Assembly: GCA_946631345.1 (NCBI GenBank)
Contig: CAMPAA010000001.1
Location: 1-43,005, forward strand
Direction: 5' to 3'
Length of the DNA stretch: 43,005 nt
Origin: an uncultured Verrucomicrobiota bacterium
Lineage (GTDB): Bacteria; Verrucomicrobiota; Kiritimatiellia; RFP12; UBA1067
Position numbers and translations under genes: made by a program. Positions 36,021 to 43,005 of this stretch are shown here, piece after piece. Every line of letters begins with the position of its first letter. Position 1 is the first letter of the stretch. The notes below the pieces were generated by a model that saw only the letters and a program-made list of their open reading frames with translations, did not search any database and was not told the origin of the DNA.

Positions 36021-36899
36021 TCAGAATTCGAGCGACAGTCCCGCGCCGCCGTAGGCGAGATCGCACTGGGCATCCGTGTGGTGCATGGCGTTCACGGCGT
36101 CGCGGGCATCGTCTGACACAAGACCGTAGTAGCCGGCGAACGCGAACACGCCCAGATGATCCGTCAGGCGGTAGTCGAGCCGCACGAGGACGTTGATGGA
36201 CTGCATTCCGCCACGGTAGTTTGCGTGCGGATGTCCCGGCTGGGGCCCGAAGATGTTCATGCAGTGGCGGGCGTCGCCCAGATCGCCGAAGAGGTCCAGC
36301 GTGAGCTCAAGACCGTCGACGAACAGGGGAAACGACCGTTTCAGGCCGACAACCCAGTAGAGTTCGCTGAACGGCTTGTAGATGTAGCGCATGCGCCAGT
36401 AGGGTGTGGCGTAGGGGTTGCGCAGCGACTGGAACGCCTGCCAGTCAATCACGGTGTTCGAACCGCGGTGTTCACGGCCGGGGAACGTGACCCACTGCTT
36501 GGCGACGCCGGAGGTGAGCGTCCAGTCTTCCGCCATCTCAAGGTCGTAGGCGTACCGTAGCCCATAGTCGGTCTCGTTGGGCCGGTAGCGCCATGTGCCA
36601 CTGTGCGAGACGGACGACCAGGACGTTAGATTCCACGTGTAGGCGCTGAACCTTCCGAACGGGCCCAGATTCGCCGTGCCGTCGACGTATTGGGCGGCGA
36701 ATGGGTGCGTATCAAAAACGAAGCCTCGGCAGACGTAGGCCGTTTCGACATCCACGAATGCGCTGAACGAAAGCCACTTGTGCGGGGCTTCTCCCGTCTC
36801 TGTCGACTCTTCAGTCACCGTGTCGACGGCGCGGACGTGTGAAACGGCCGCGATTGCCGCCGCCAGGGCTGCACGTACGATTCTTTCCCTGTAAGCCAT
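36021..36899 (-). CDS. Outer-membrane beta-barrel protein (porin-like), function unknown
   Basis: Signal peptide ending AVSHVRA. Frequent aromatic/Gly alternation. The C-terminus ...GGAGLSLEF ends in Phe. The start codon directly abuts the kinase stop with a 0-nt gap. Confidence 0.6.
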   Translation of the reverse strand: MAYRERIVRAALAAAIAAVSHVRAVDTVTEESTETGEAPHKWLSFSAFVDVETAYVCRGFVFDTHPFAAQYVDGTANLGPFGRFSAYTWNLTSWSSVSHSGTWRYRPNETDYGLRYAYDLEMAEDWTLTSGVAKQWVTFPGREHRGSNTVIDWQAFQSLRNPYATPYWRMRYIYKPFSELYWVVGLKRSFPLFVDGLELTLDLFGDLGDARHCMNIFGPQPGHPHANYRGGMQSINVLVRLDYRLTDHLGVFAFAGYYGLVSDDARDAVNAMHHTDAQCDLAYGGAGLSLEF

Positions 36900-39770
36900 T
36901 TATTTGACGATGTCCTTTAGCTTGTCCACCGTGATGGGCTTCAGGATGATTCCCGAGAAGCCCACATCCTCATACTGTTTCAGCATCTCCACGTCCGCCG
37001 TTACCACGTACGTGGGCTCAGTTGAGAGCTTTTCGTTGGCGCGGATGGCGCGGACGAGGCCCGCCCCGTCCAGCTCCGGCATCCACATGTCGGTCAGCAC
37101 CATGTCGAACGGCGCAGCGCCAGGTGTCGTCAGGATTTCCAGCGCCTTCTTGCCGTCCGCCGCCATGGTGATATCGAACGCGCCGAGCTTTGTGAGCATG
37201 GCCTTGAGCACCATCAGATTCATCTTCTGGTCGTCAACGATTAGAATGCGCTTCCGGCTGGTCGGCTCAGCCGCAGCGAGCGCGGAACCCGGCGTCGGCT
37301 TCGTCGCCGGCTCCTGCTTCGGGGGAAGGCTCCCGGTTTTCACATGTGGAATCGCGATGGAGAAGACCGAACCCTTTCCAAGCTCCGACGTGATTGCCAT
37401 CTCGCCGCCCATCGCGGCCGCGAGCCGGCGGCAGATCGAAAGGCCGAGCCCCGTGCCGCCGTGGCGCGAAGCATTCGAGCGCACCTGCACGTATGGCGAG
37501 GAGATGAGCATCAGGTCCTCCTTGCCGATGCCGCAGCCGGTATCTTCGACCTCAAGCCGGAAGGTTCCGCCCTCCGCGCCTTCGTCCCGCGTGAACGCCG
37601 CGCGCACTTCGATGAAGCCTGCTTTCGTGAACTTCACGGCGTTCCCGATGAAGTTGAACAGAATCTGCCTGATGCGCTGCGGGTCTACCTCTAGGATCGG
37701 CAGCACGTCCGTCCGGCAGCGGATCTCAAGGTCCGGGTTCTTGTTCGCGACGCGGAACGTCTCGACGATCTCGTTTGCAAGCTTGGTGCAGTCGGTTGGT
37801 TCAGGAATGATCTCCATGCGGCCGGCCTCGAGCTTCGAGAAGTCGAGCACGTCGTTGATCAGCCGCAGGAGCGTTTGCCCGCTCATGACGATGGAGTTGA
37901 CGGCCTGGTCGCGCTCGTCTGCGGTCTTGAGGCCCATCTTGAGCATCTGCGAAAACCCGATGATAGCGTTCAGCGGCGTGCGAATGTCGTGGCTGACCGT
38001 CGAGAAGAAGTAGCTGCGCGACTTGTTGGCGCTTTCCTCCGCCTTGAGCTTTTCGAGGGCCATGTTCTTCTCGCGCTGGCGCAGGATCGCGAACAGGCTG
38101 AGCATGATCGAAAGTGACGCGACCAGCAGGGTCAGCACCACGACGGAGTTCAGCAGCATGTCGCGGCTCACGTGATCCAGGATCGGTGTGAGGAACTCGT
38201 GGGTGATCGTCTTTCCGATGAAGTTTTCGAACACGTCCTCGGTCGCGTCGCACACCGCCAGCCGCAGCCACATCATCACAGAGAAGAAGATGGTCACAAG
38301 CACGCTGATCCACACGACCGTGGAGTGGCCGAAGCGGTTCTCGTCGTCCATCCTGAACGCCCGCCTGTACGCCAGGAATCCGAGAATGCACCAGATGGCC
38401 AGCAGCAGATAGGATTCCGCGGAGAGTGTGCTTCCCGAGAGGTAATTCGGCACGAGCATCAGCAATCCGAACACGACCGACAGCACGAGGCCGGTGGCGG
38501 CGGCGGCGCGTGCGAGGAGGAAGCGTATCGAGTCACGGTTCTCCGGGGGGCATGCGAACGCCGCCGCCGACGTGTAGCCGTAGGCGATCACTGCGCCGAG
38601 GTTCGAGACGTCCACCGGCCAGCCGGTGACGGTGCGGCCGAAAAACGGGATGACTGCCGATGTGCACATCACGAAGAGGATCGCGTTCGCCGGCGTGCCG
38701 TCCCGGTTGAGGGTGCCGAATCTGCGCGGCAGCATGCCGCTGCGCGACATGGCGTACATCAGGCGGCTGGAGGCGACGTACGTGCCGAACAGGCCGGTCA
38801 GCTGTGCGGCCAGCATGGCACCGCCGATCACGGCTATGCCCGTCGGCCCGAGGACCTTTCGCGCGGCGGCGAACACGGGCATCGCGTCGATCCCCTTCAG
38901 GCGGGGAAGGGCGGCGATGTAGTCGGCCCATGTCGCGTAGCCGTCCGGAATGGCCAGCGCGGGCAGCAGCGCCAGGAGTGCGTAGACGATGGCCGAGAGG
39001 ATGACCGCCGCCGCCAGCAGACCGAACGTGCGCCGTACCGGGAAGCAGAACTCGGCCGAAGAGTTCACGATCGCCTCGAAGCCCACGAACGCCCAAGGCA
39101 TCATCGCGATGATGCGCAACACCTGGATCCCCGGAGTGTCGCCGGATGCGAACGCAGGCGCCATGGCGGCGACGCCCCCGTCGTGCCGGAACAGTGCGGC
39201 GAGGAAACAGACCGCGACGCATGCCACGAAAGCCGCGGCGAGCAGCGTATTGAGCCGCACCGCGAACCGCTTGCGGAACAGGCACGCGCCGCCGCAGAGC
39301 GCGATGATGAAGATGCACAGCAGCACCTCGCCCAGATACACGTCGAAGCCGACCATCGTGTAGTGGAAGCCGAACTGGAACAGGTCGCCCGCCACATAGC
39401 GGGCCAGGAGCACGAGCGCCGTCGCGTTGGCCCACAGGATCGCCACGTAAGCCAGGATCAGGAACCATGCGATGATGAAGCCGTGATCTGCGCCGAACGC
39501 GTTGCAGGTGAACGTCATGGCGCCGCCGGGGCCGGATGCGCGGAGAATCATGCGATGGTAGTTGACGGCGAACACGAGCATGGCGGCGACGCCAACGGCG
39601 ATGCTGATGATGGTTCCCAGCGGCCCTGCGCCGGGGAGGAACATCGTTCCCGGCATGACGAACGCACCCCATCCGACGGCATAGCCGAACGAAAGTGCCA
39701 ACACCGCGAGCGGCGACAAATAAGCACTGAGCCCAGTTTGCTGGGCTACGTCTTTTCCGTTGTTTCCCAT
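36900..39770 (-). CDS. Hybrid sensor histidine kinase fused to an N-terminal APC-type permease-like domain, with a C-terminal receiver
   Basis: The N-terminal ~470 aa has about 12 TM segments with APC-like motifs (FGYAVGWGAFVMPG; WAFVGFEAIVNSSAEF). H-box FFSTVSHDIRTPLNAI, G-boxes DTGCGI and GGTGLGLSI, and receiver ILIVDDQ...VLTDMWMPELDG. The start is placed at ATG 39770, though a TTG at 39800 is possible. Confidence 0.8.
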   Translation of the reverse strand: MGNNGKDVAQQTGLSAYLSPLAVLALSFGYAVGWGAFVMPGTMFLPGAGPLGTIISIAVGVAAMLVFAVNYHRMILRASGPGGAMTFTCNAFGADHGFIIAWFLILAYVAILWANATALVLLARYVAGDLFQFGFHYTMVGFDVYLGEVLLCIFIIALCGGACLFRKRFAVRLNTLLAAAFVACVAVCFLAALFRHDGGVAAMAPAFASGDTPGIQVLRIIAMMPWAFVGFEAIVNSSAEFCFPVRRTFGLLAAAVILSAIVYALLALLPALAIPDGYATWADYIAALPRLKGIDAMPVFAAARKVLGPTGIAVIGGAMLAAQLTGLFGTYVASSRLMYAMSRSGMLPRRFGTLNRDGTPANAILFVMCTSAVIPFFGRTVTGWPVDVSNLGAVIAYGYTSAAAFACPPENRDSIRFLLARAAAATGLVLSVVFGLLMLVPNYLSGSTLSAESYLLLAIWCILGFLAYRRAFRMDDENRFGHSTVVWISVLVTIFFSVMMWLRLAVCDATEDVFENFIGKTITHEFLTPILDHVSRDMLLNSVVVLTLLVASLSIMLSLFAILRQREKNMALEKLKAEESANKSRSYFFSTVSHDIRTPLNAIIGFSQMLKMGLKTADERDQAVNSIVMSGQTLLRLINDVLDFSKLEAGRMEIIPEPTDCTKLANEIVETFRVANKNPDLEIRCRTDVLPILEVDPQRIRQILFNFIGNAVKFTKAGFIEVRAAFTRDEGAEGGTFRLEVEDTGCGIGKEDLMLISSPYVQVRSNASRHGGTGLGLSICRRLAAAMGGEMAITSELGKGSVFSIAIPHVKTGSLPPKQEPATKPTPGSALAAAEPTSRKRILIVDDQKMNLMVLKAMLTKLGAFDITMAADGKKALEILTTPGAAPFDMVLTDMWMPELDGAGLVRAIRANEKLSTEPTYVVTADVEMLKQYEDVGFSGIILKPITVDKLKDIVK

Positions 39771-39805
39771 GCTTCTTAGCGCATTTGACTTTTGAAACAA
39801 CGTGT

Positions 39806-39814
39806 ATTATAGCA
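39806..39814 (-). promoter_or_regulatory. Extended -10 promoter element (TGCTATAAT on the minus strand) for the kinase/OMP operon
   Basis: Located in the 90-nt gap between the upstream ATPase stop and the kinase start. Confidence 0.45.
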
Positions 39815-39860
39815 TTTGTTCGGACTTGGTGGAGGGATAAGTTTTTCCCGCAGGGAATTG

Positions 39861-41015
39861 TCACATGGTGAGGAAGTTTCTGTAGCCTATCCCGCCCTTT
39901 CCGGCTGGCATGCTGCGCCCTGCATAAACCACGGTCGGCGATATGGATTCGGGCTGAAGCGCGAGAAACCGATTCAGGCCAGATTCGAGCGAAGCCGAAC
40001 GCGTCATTGCCGACTTTATCTCGATCGGACTGAAACCATCGGCTGTCCGCAGCAAGGCATCAACCTCGATTCCGGCGGATGTCCGGAAGAAGAACAGTTC
40101 GTCGCCGCTGTCGGCGTTCTTGATGCGTTTCATCATTTCGGATATGACGAGATTCTCGAAAAGGTTGCCGCGAAGGGGATCGTGCGCCACCTGCTCTGCG
40201 TTGCGGAGTCCCAGAAGGTACGATGCCAGCCCCGTCTCCGTAAAATAGATCTTGGGCGTCTTGACGAGCCGCTTGCCTATGTTCCTGTGGTACGGCTGGA
40301 GCCTGAACACGATGAAGGATGCCTCAAGCACGTCAATCCATTCCCCAAGCGTCGTGTGGCTGACCCCAACTTCGCACGACATGGTGTTGAGGTTGAGCAG
40401 CTGTCCGACCCTTCCGGCAAGGAGGGTGATGAACTTGTTGAATGCGGTCGTGTTGCGGATGTTGGCGATAAACCGCACGTCCCGCTCCACATACGAATTC
40501 AGGTAGTTTCTGTAGTACACGGCCGCTTCCATGCCGGAAGTCGCCAGCTCTGGCATCGTGCCGCGCAGGATGAGCGAATCGGGATCGGTTTTCATGCGCG
40601 ATGCTCCCTGCGCGATTTCGCTGAAGGTGAGCGGAAGGAGTTCCAGGAATGCGCTTCGCCCTGCGAGCGACTGCGTCACGGTCTGCTTGAGGATTGGCTG
40701 GTGCGAACCAGTGAGGATGTATTGGCCTGGGACGTTTCGCCGTTCATCGACGATCGTCTGCACTGCCGATGCGAGTTTAGGCACTCTCTGGATTTCGTCG
40801 ATTATCAGCGGGGCCTTGTACATTGCAAAGAAACGGCGATAGTCGCTCTCCGCCAGCTCTCGCGTTTCGGGGTCTTCGAGATTGGCATATCCGTAGTCCG
40901 GAAAGCAGGTCTTTGCAAGAGTCGTCTTGCCGGACTGTCTCGGTCCGGTAATGGTAAGCACTGGGAACTCCTGCGCACGCTGTTTGGCGACTTTCGACAT
41001 TTCGCGCGTAATCAT
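39861..41015 (-). CDS. AAA+ ATPase of the COG1373 / DUF4143 type
   Basis: Start at ATG 41015 with a GGAGG RBS 5 nt upstream. Walker A ITGPRQSGKTT, Walker B LIIDEIQRVP. The C-terminal region is typical of this family. Confidence 0.75.
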   Translation of the reverse strand: MITREMSKVAKQRAQEFPVLTITGPRQSGKTTLAKTCFPDYGYANLEDPETRELAESDYRRFFAMYKAPLIIDEIQRVPKLASAVQTIVDERRNVPGQYILTGSHQPILKQTVTQSLAGRSAFLELLPLTFSEIAQGASRMKTDPDSLILRGTMPELATSGMEAAVYYRNYLNSYVERDVRFIANIRNTTAFNKFITLLAGRVGQLLNLNTMSCEVGVSHTTLGEWIDVLEASFIVFRLQPYHRNIGKRLVKTPKIYFTETGLASYLLGLRNAEQVAHDPLRGNLFENLVISEMMKRIKNADSGDELFFFRTSAGIEVDALLRTADGFSPIEIKSAMTRSASLESGLNRFLALQPESISPTVVYAGRSMPAGKGGIGYRNFLTM

Positions 41016-41042
41016 TTTACCTCCTTGTGCATTTGGCGTGGA

Positions 41043-41091
41043 ATTATACCACAACCGTCTTGCAATTTGCAACTGGCACTTGCAAATTGCA
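41043..41091 (-). promoter_or_regulatory. Promoter with a palindromic operator-like inverted repeat
   Basis: On the minus strand, TGGTATAAT lies at 41051-41043, with a TTGCAA -35 18 nt upstream. The inverted repeat is TTGCAATTTGCAA (41060-41072), 7 nt, then TTGCAAATTGCA (41080-41091), and it covers the -35 region. Confidence 0.5.
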
Positions 41092-41173
41092 GAACAGAGG
41101 GAGGCGGTTGAGGGTGGATGGGAATTGCGTGGTTTTGCGGGTTGATTGGCCGTAGCACCTGCCTGTTTGCGGC

Positions 41174-41344
41174 CTATGATGATTGTGCCTTATGGATGAT
41201 GTACCTTATGCCGTCCGTACTGTGGATCGGTTCACGGGAGGGGTGCGTTTCATCGCGACCGGGGGCAGGACAAAGCCCGTCCTTCCCATCGGCAAAGGCG
41301 GCGCATACAAGAGCGGCAAGAATGGCAGAAAAGATAGTCTTCAT
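41174..41344 (-). CDS. Candidate 56-aa secreted peptide (MKTIFSAILAALVCAAFADGKDG...)
   Basis: Hand-translated. It has a clear signal-peptide-like N-terminus but no obvious RBS. It sits between the two ATPase genes. Confidence 0.3.
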   Translation of the reverse strand: MKTIFSAILAALVCAAFADGKDGLCPAPGRDETHPSREPIHSTDGIRYIIHKAQSS

Positions 41345-41351
41345 TTGCTAA

Positions 41352-42719
41352 TTAAACTGTCGTTTTGGTGTACGCTCTGGCGGCTGGGCCAAAGGCGTAC
41401 AGCGGAATGTCCTTGATCTCCGTGCCATCGTGCCAGTCGGCCAACGATGTCCTGAACGAAAAAGCCGGCGAGAAGAGTTTGCGGTACGTCTTTAGGCTCT
41501 TCGCCTGCGTATTGATGCCGGCCTTCACCTCCACGGGGAACACGCCTTTTTCTCCTTGAACCACAAACTCCACTTCGGCGTTTCCGGTGTCATTTGTCCA
41601 GTAACAGGGTTCAAAGCCATTCACCAGAAGTTCCTGAAGCACATACTGTTCAGCCAATGCTCCTTTGAAGTTCGTGAACACGGCATTCCCCTCCAGTACG
41701 GAAGATGGCGGCAGGTCACTCATGGCACCGAGGAGTCCCACGTCGTGCATGTAGAGGCGGAACGCCGAGAAGTCGCGGTATGATTTCAACGGCAGACGCG
41801 GCGTTCCAACGCGATACACCTGACTGACCATGCCGGCATCGTTCAGCCACTGGAGGGCCGATTCGTATTCGCGCGCGCGTGCCCCGGGCTTCAGCGCCGT
41901 ATAGATGAACTTCTTGTTCTCCTTCGCAAGCTGTGCCGAGATGGAGTTCCAGAGCAGGCGTATCTTCGGGAGCATGGTTAAAGGTGCATGCTTTACGAAG
42001 TCCGCGTCGTATGCGGAGAGCATTTCAGCCTGAACGTCTCGGACGGTGCTTAGGTCGTTTGAGTCCACGTATGTATTGATGGCTTCAGGCATGCCCCCTA
42101 CAATGAGATAGCGCCGGAGCAGGTCTGTCAGCTTGTCCGCATACGGGGCTGATGCGGCTGGCGATCCGCTTTCAAGGATGTCGGCAAGCCGTTTCTTCCC
42201 CAGCGCCCGCACAAATTCGGCAAAACTCAGCGGGAGTATTTCCAGCATGTTGACTTTCCCCACCGGGAAAGACCCACGCGGTTCATTCGGGTTTTCCTTA
42301 CTGGACGCAGAGCCGTTTTCTGAAGAACGGCCTACGGCGAGTCCAAGAAGCGAGCCGGCGGCGACAATCGCCAGTTCCGGCATGTCCTCATTGAAGAACT
42401 TGAGCGATGTCAGGGCGTTGGAGGATTCCTGTATCTCGTCCAAAAGCAGAAGCGTCTTGCCGGGAACGATTTCCGCATCAAGGGCTATACTGATTTTCTC
42501 CAGCACAGCCTTTGGCGTGATATCGCCATTCTCCAGCTGTTTGCGCAGAGTCTTCATCTTCATGAGATTCACATAGACGGCATCCTTGGGGTATGCAGTC
42601 GCGGCGAACTCATTCAGAAGCCAAGTCTTGCCGACTTGTCTTGCACCCATTAACACGAGAGGCTTGCGTGTCTTTCGCTTGTTCCACTCCAGCATTTTAG
42701 ATAAAACGTTTCTTTGCAT
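41352..42719 (-). CDS. AAA+ ATPase of the COG1373 / DUF4143 type (second paralogue)
   Basis: Walker A LMGARQVGKTWL and Walker B LLLLDEIQESSNA. The C-terminal domain resembles that of the 39861-41015 product. The DNA is visibly more A/T-rich than the window average. Confidence 0.75.
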   Translation of the reverse strand: MQRNVLSKMLEWNKRKTRKPLVLMGARQVGKTWLLNEFAATAYPKDAVYVNLMKMKTLRKQLENGDITPKAVLEKISIALDAEIVPGKTLLLLDEIQESSNALTSLKFFNEDMPELAIVAAGSLLGLAVGRSSENGSASSKENPNEPRGSFPVGKVNMLEILPLSFAEFVRALGKKRLADILESGSPAASAPYADKLTDLLRRYLIVGGMPEAINTYVDSNDLSTVRDVQAEMLSAYDADFVKHAPLTMLPKIRLLWNSISAQLAKENKKFIYTALKPGARAREYESALQWLNDAGMVSQVYRVGTPRLPLKSYRDFSAFRLYMHDVGLLGAMSDLPPSSVLEGNAVFTNFKGALAEQYVLQELLVNGFEPCYWTNDTGNAEVEFVVQGEKGVFPVEVKAGINTQAKSLKTYRKLFSPAFSFRTSLADWHDGTEIKDIPLYAFGPAARAYTKTTV

Positions 42720-42739
42720 GGTATATCCTTTTGGAGCAG

Positions 42740-42748
42740 ATTATATCA
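42740..42748 (-). promoter_or_regulatory. Extended -10 promoter element (TGATATAAT on the minus strand) for the 41352-42719 gene
   Basis: Lies 20 nt upstream of ATG 42719, with AAAAGGA between them. Confidence 0.45.
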
Positions 42749-42757
42749 TTTTGGCAT

Positions 42758-42781
42758 CACGAAAGTCAATCGACTTTTGTG
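42758..42781. repeat. 10-bp inverted repeat (hairpin or operator-like)
   Basis: CACGAAAGTC, AATC, GACTTTTGTG, with one G:T position. It sits at the -35 position of the 42740 minus-strand promoter. Confidence 0.6.
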
Positions 42782-42824
42782 ATTTTATACACGGAAGTGA
42801 ATGGACTTCTGTGGTTTCCCCTGC

Positions 42825-42844
42825 CCCTCACATGAGGGGTTTTG
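42825..42844 (+). terminator. Terminator-like hairpin (CCCCTC-acat-GAGGGG followed by TTTT)
   Basis: A GC-rich 6-bp stem with a T4 run on the plus strand only. No annotated plus-strand gene ends here. Confidence 0.3.
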
Positions 42845-42860
42845 GATTTGTGAGTGAAAT

Positions 42861-42869
42861 GATATAATG
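42861..42869 (+). promoter_or_regulatory. Extended -10 promoter element (TGATATAAT) facing the right window edge
   Basis: Perfect motif. A frame stays open from ATG 42901 to the end of the window (MGLNFYAQWENMLKQ...). Confidence 0.35.
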
Positions 42870-43005
42870 TGGGCAAATTTTAAAAGTGCCATAAGAAATA
42901 TGGGACTCAACTTCTATGCACAGTGGGAAAACATGCTGAAGCAGTTGACAATGTCGGCGTTCCTTTCGTTTCGGTTGCCGGCATCCTGTGCCCGCACGCG
43001 CGGAC

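Noticed and set aside
36904-39864. Long alternative-frame ORFs (369 aa and 535 aa on plus, 443 aa on minus) overlapping the APC-kinase gene
   Set aside because: Their translations are Arg/Pro/Ser-rich and have no motifs. The 36900-39770 minus frame carries APC, HisKA, HATPase and receiver motifs along its entire length.
41073-41084. TGGCAC immediately followed by TTGCA, superficially sigma-54-like
   Set aside because: There is no 5-nt spacer between the -24 and -12 blocks. It is the loop and arm of the inverted repeat over a sigma-70-type promoter on the other strand.
1-43005. Scan for CRISPR arrays, tRNA/rRNA genes, intact IS elements and prophage genes
   Set aside because: I found no regularly spaced direct repeats, no T-loop or acceptor-stem patterns, no rRNA-like segments, and no intact transposase or integrase ORF.

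Overview
GC-rich bacterial chromosomal window, densely coded on both strands. No rRNA, tRNA or CRISPR array was found. The gene content resembles a PVC-group (Kiritimatiellae, Lentisphaerae or Verrucomicrobia-like) organism, but this is an impression without a database search. Content from left to right: (1) a secreted glycan-degradation-type block (GH127-like hydrolase, beta-helix repeat protein, Tat-signal metallophosphoesterase, TIM-barrel-like hydrolase). (2) A minus-strand pilM-N-O-P-Q-like secretin operon joined by four ATGA start/stop overlaps, ending in a 1387-aa BspA-type LRR protein. (3) A divergent NtrC/PilR-type sigma-54 activator flanked on both sides by good sigma-54 promoters, one facing the pilM operon and one facing a type IV pilin gene. 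The pilin gene is coupled to a 678-aa GT-C-like polytopic membrane protein. (4) An ABC-2 exporter with a His-rich protein, an MBL hydrolase, azlCD, a SWIM zinc-finger protein, an atypical AAA+ enhancer-binding-like protein and a CinA/PncC domain protein. (5) A short AT-rich patch with two antisense small membrane ORFs. (6) rmuC and an addB/addA-like pair, then cysK. (7) A sensor kinase fused to an APC permease, followed by an outer-membrane beta-barrel. (8) Two tandem COG1373/DUF4143-type AAA ATPases with palindromes over their promoters. Recurrent non-coding signals are an extended -10 motif TGnTAYAAT in nearly every intergenic region, several times only 6-7 nt from the ATG (leaderless architecture); a 38-nt near-identical segment at the 5' ends of two unrelated genes; and a structured repeat cluster between the divergent pil promoters. 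All functional calls come from motifs read by eye. No similarity search was run.
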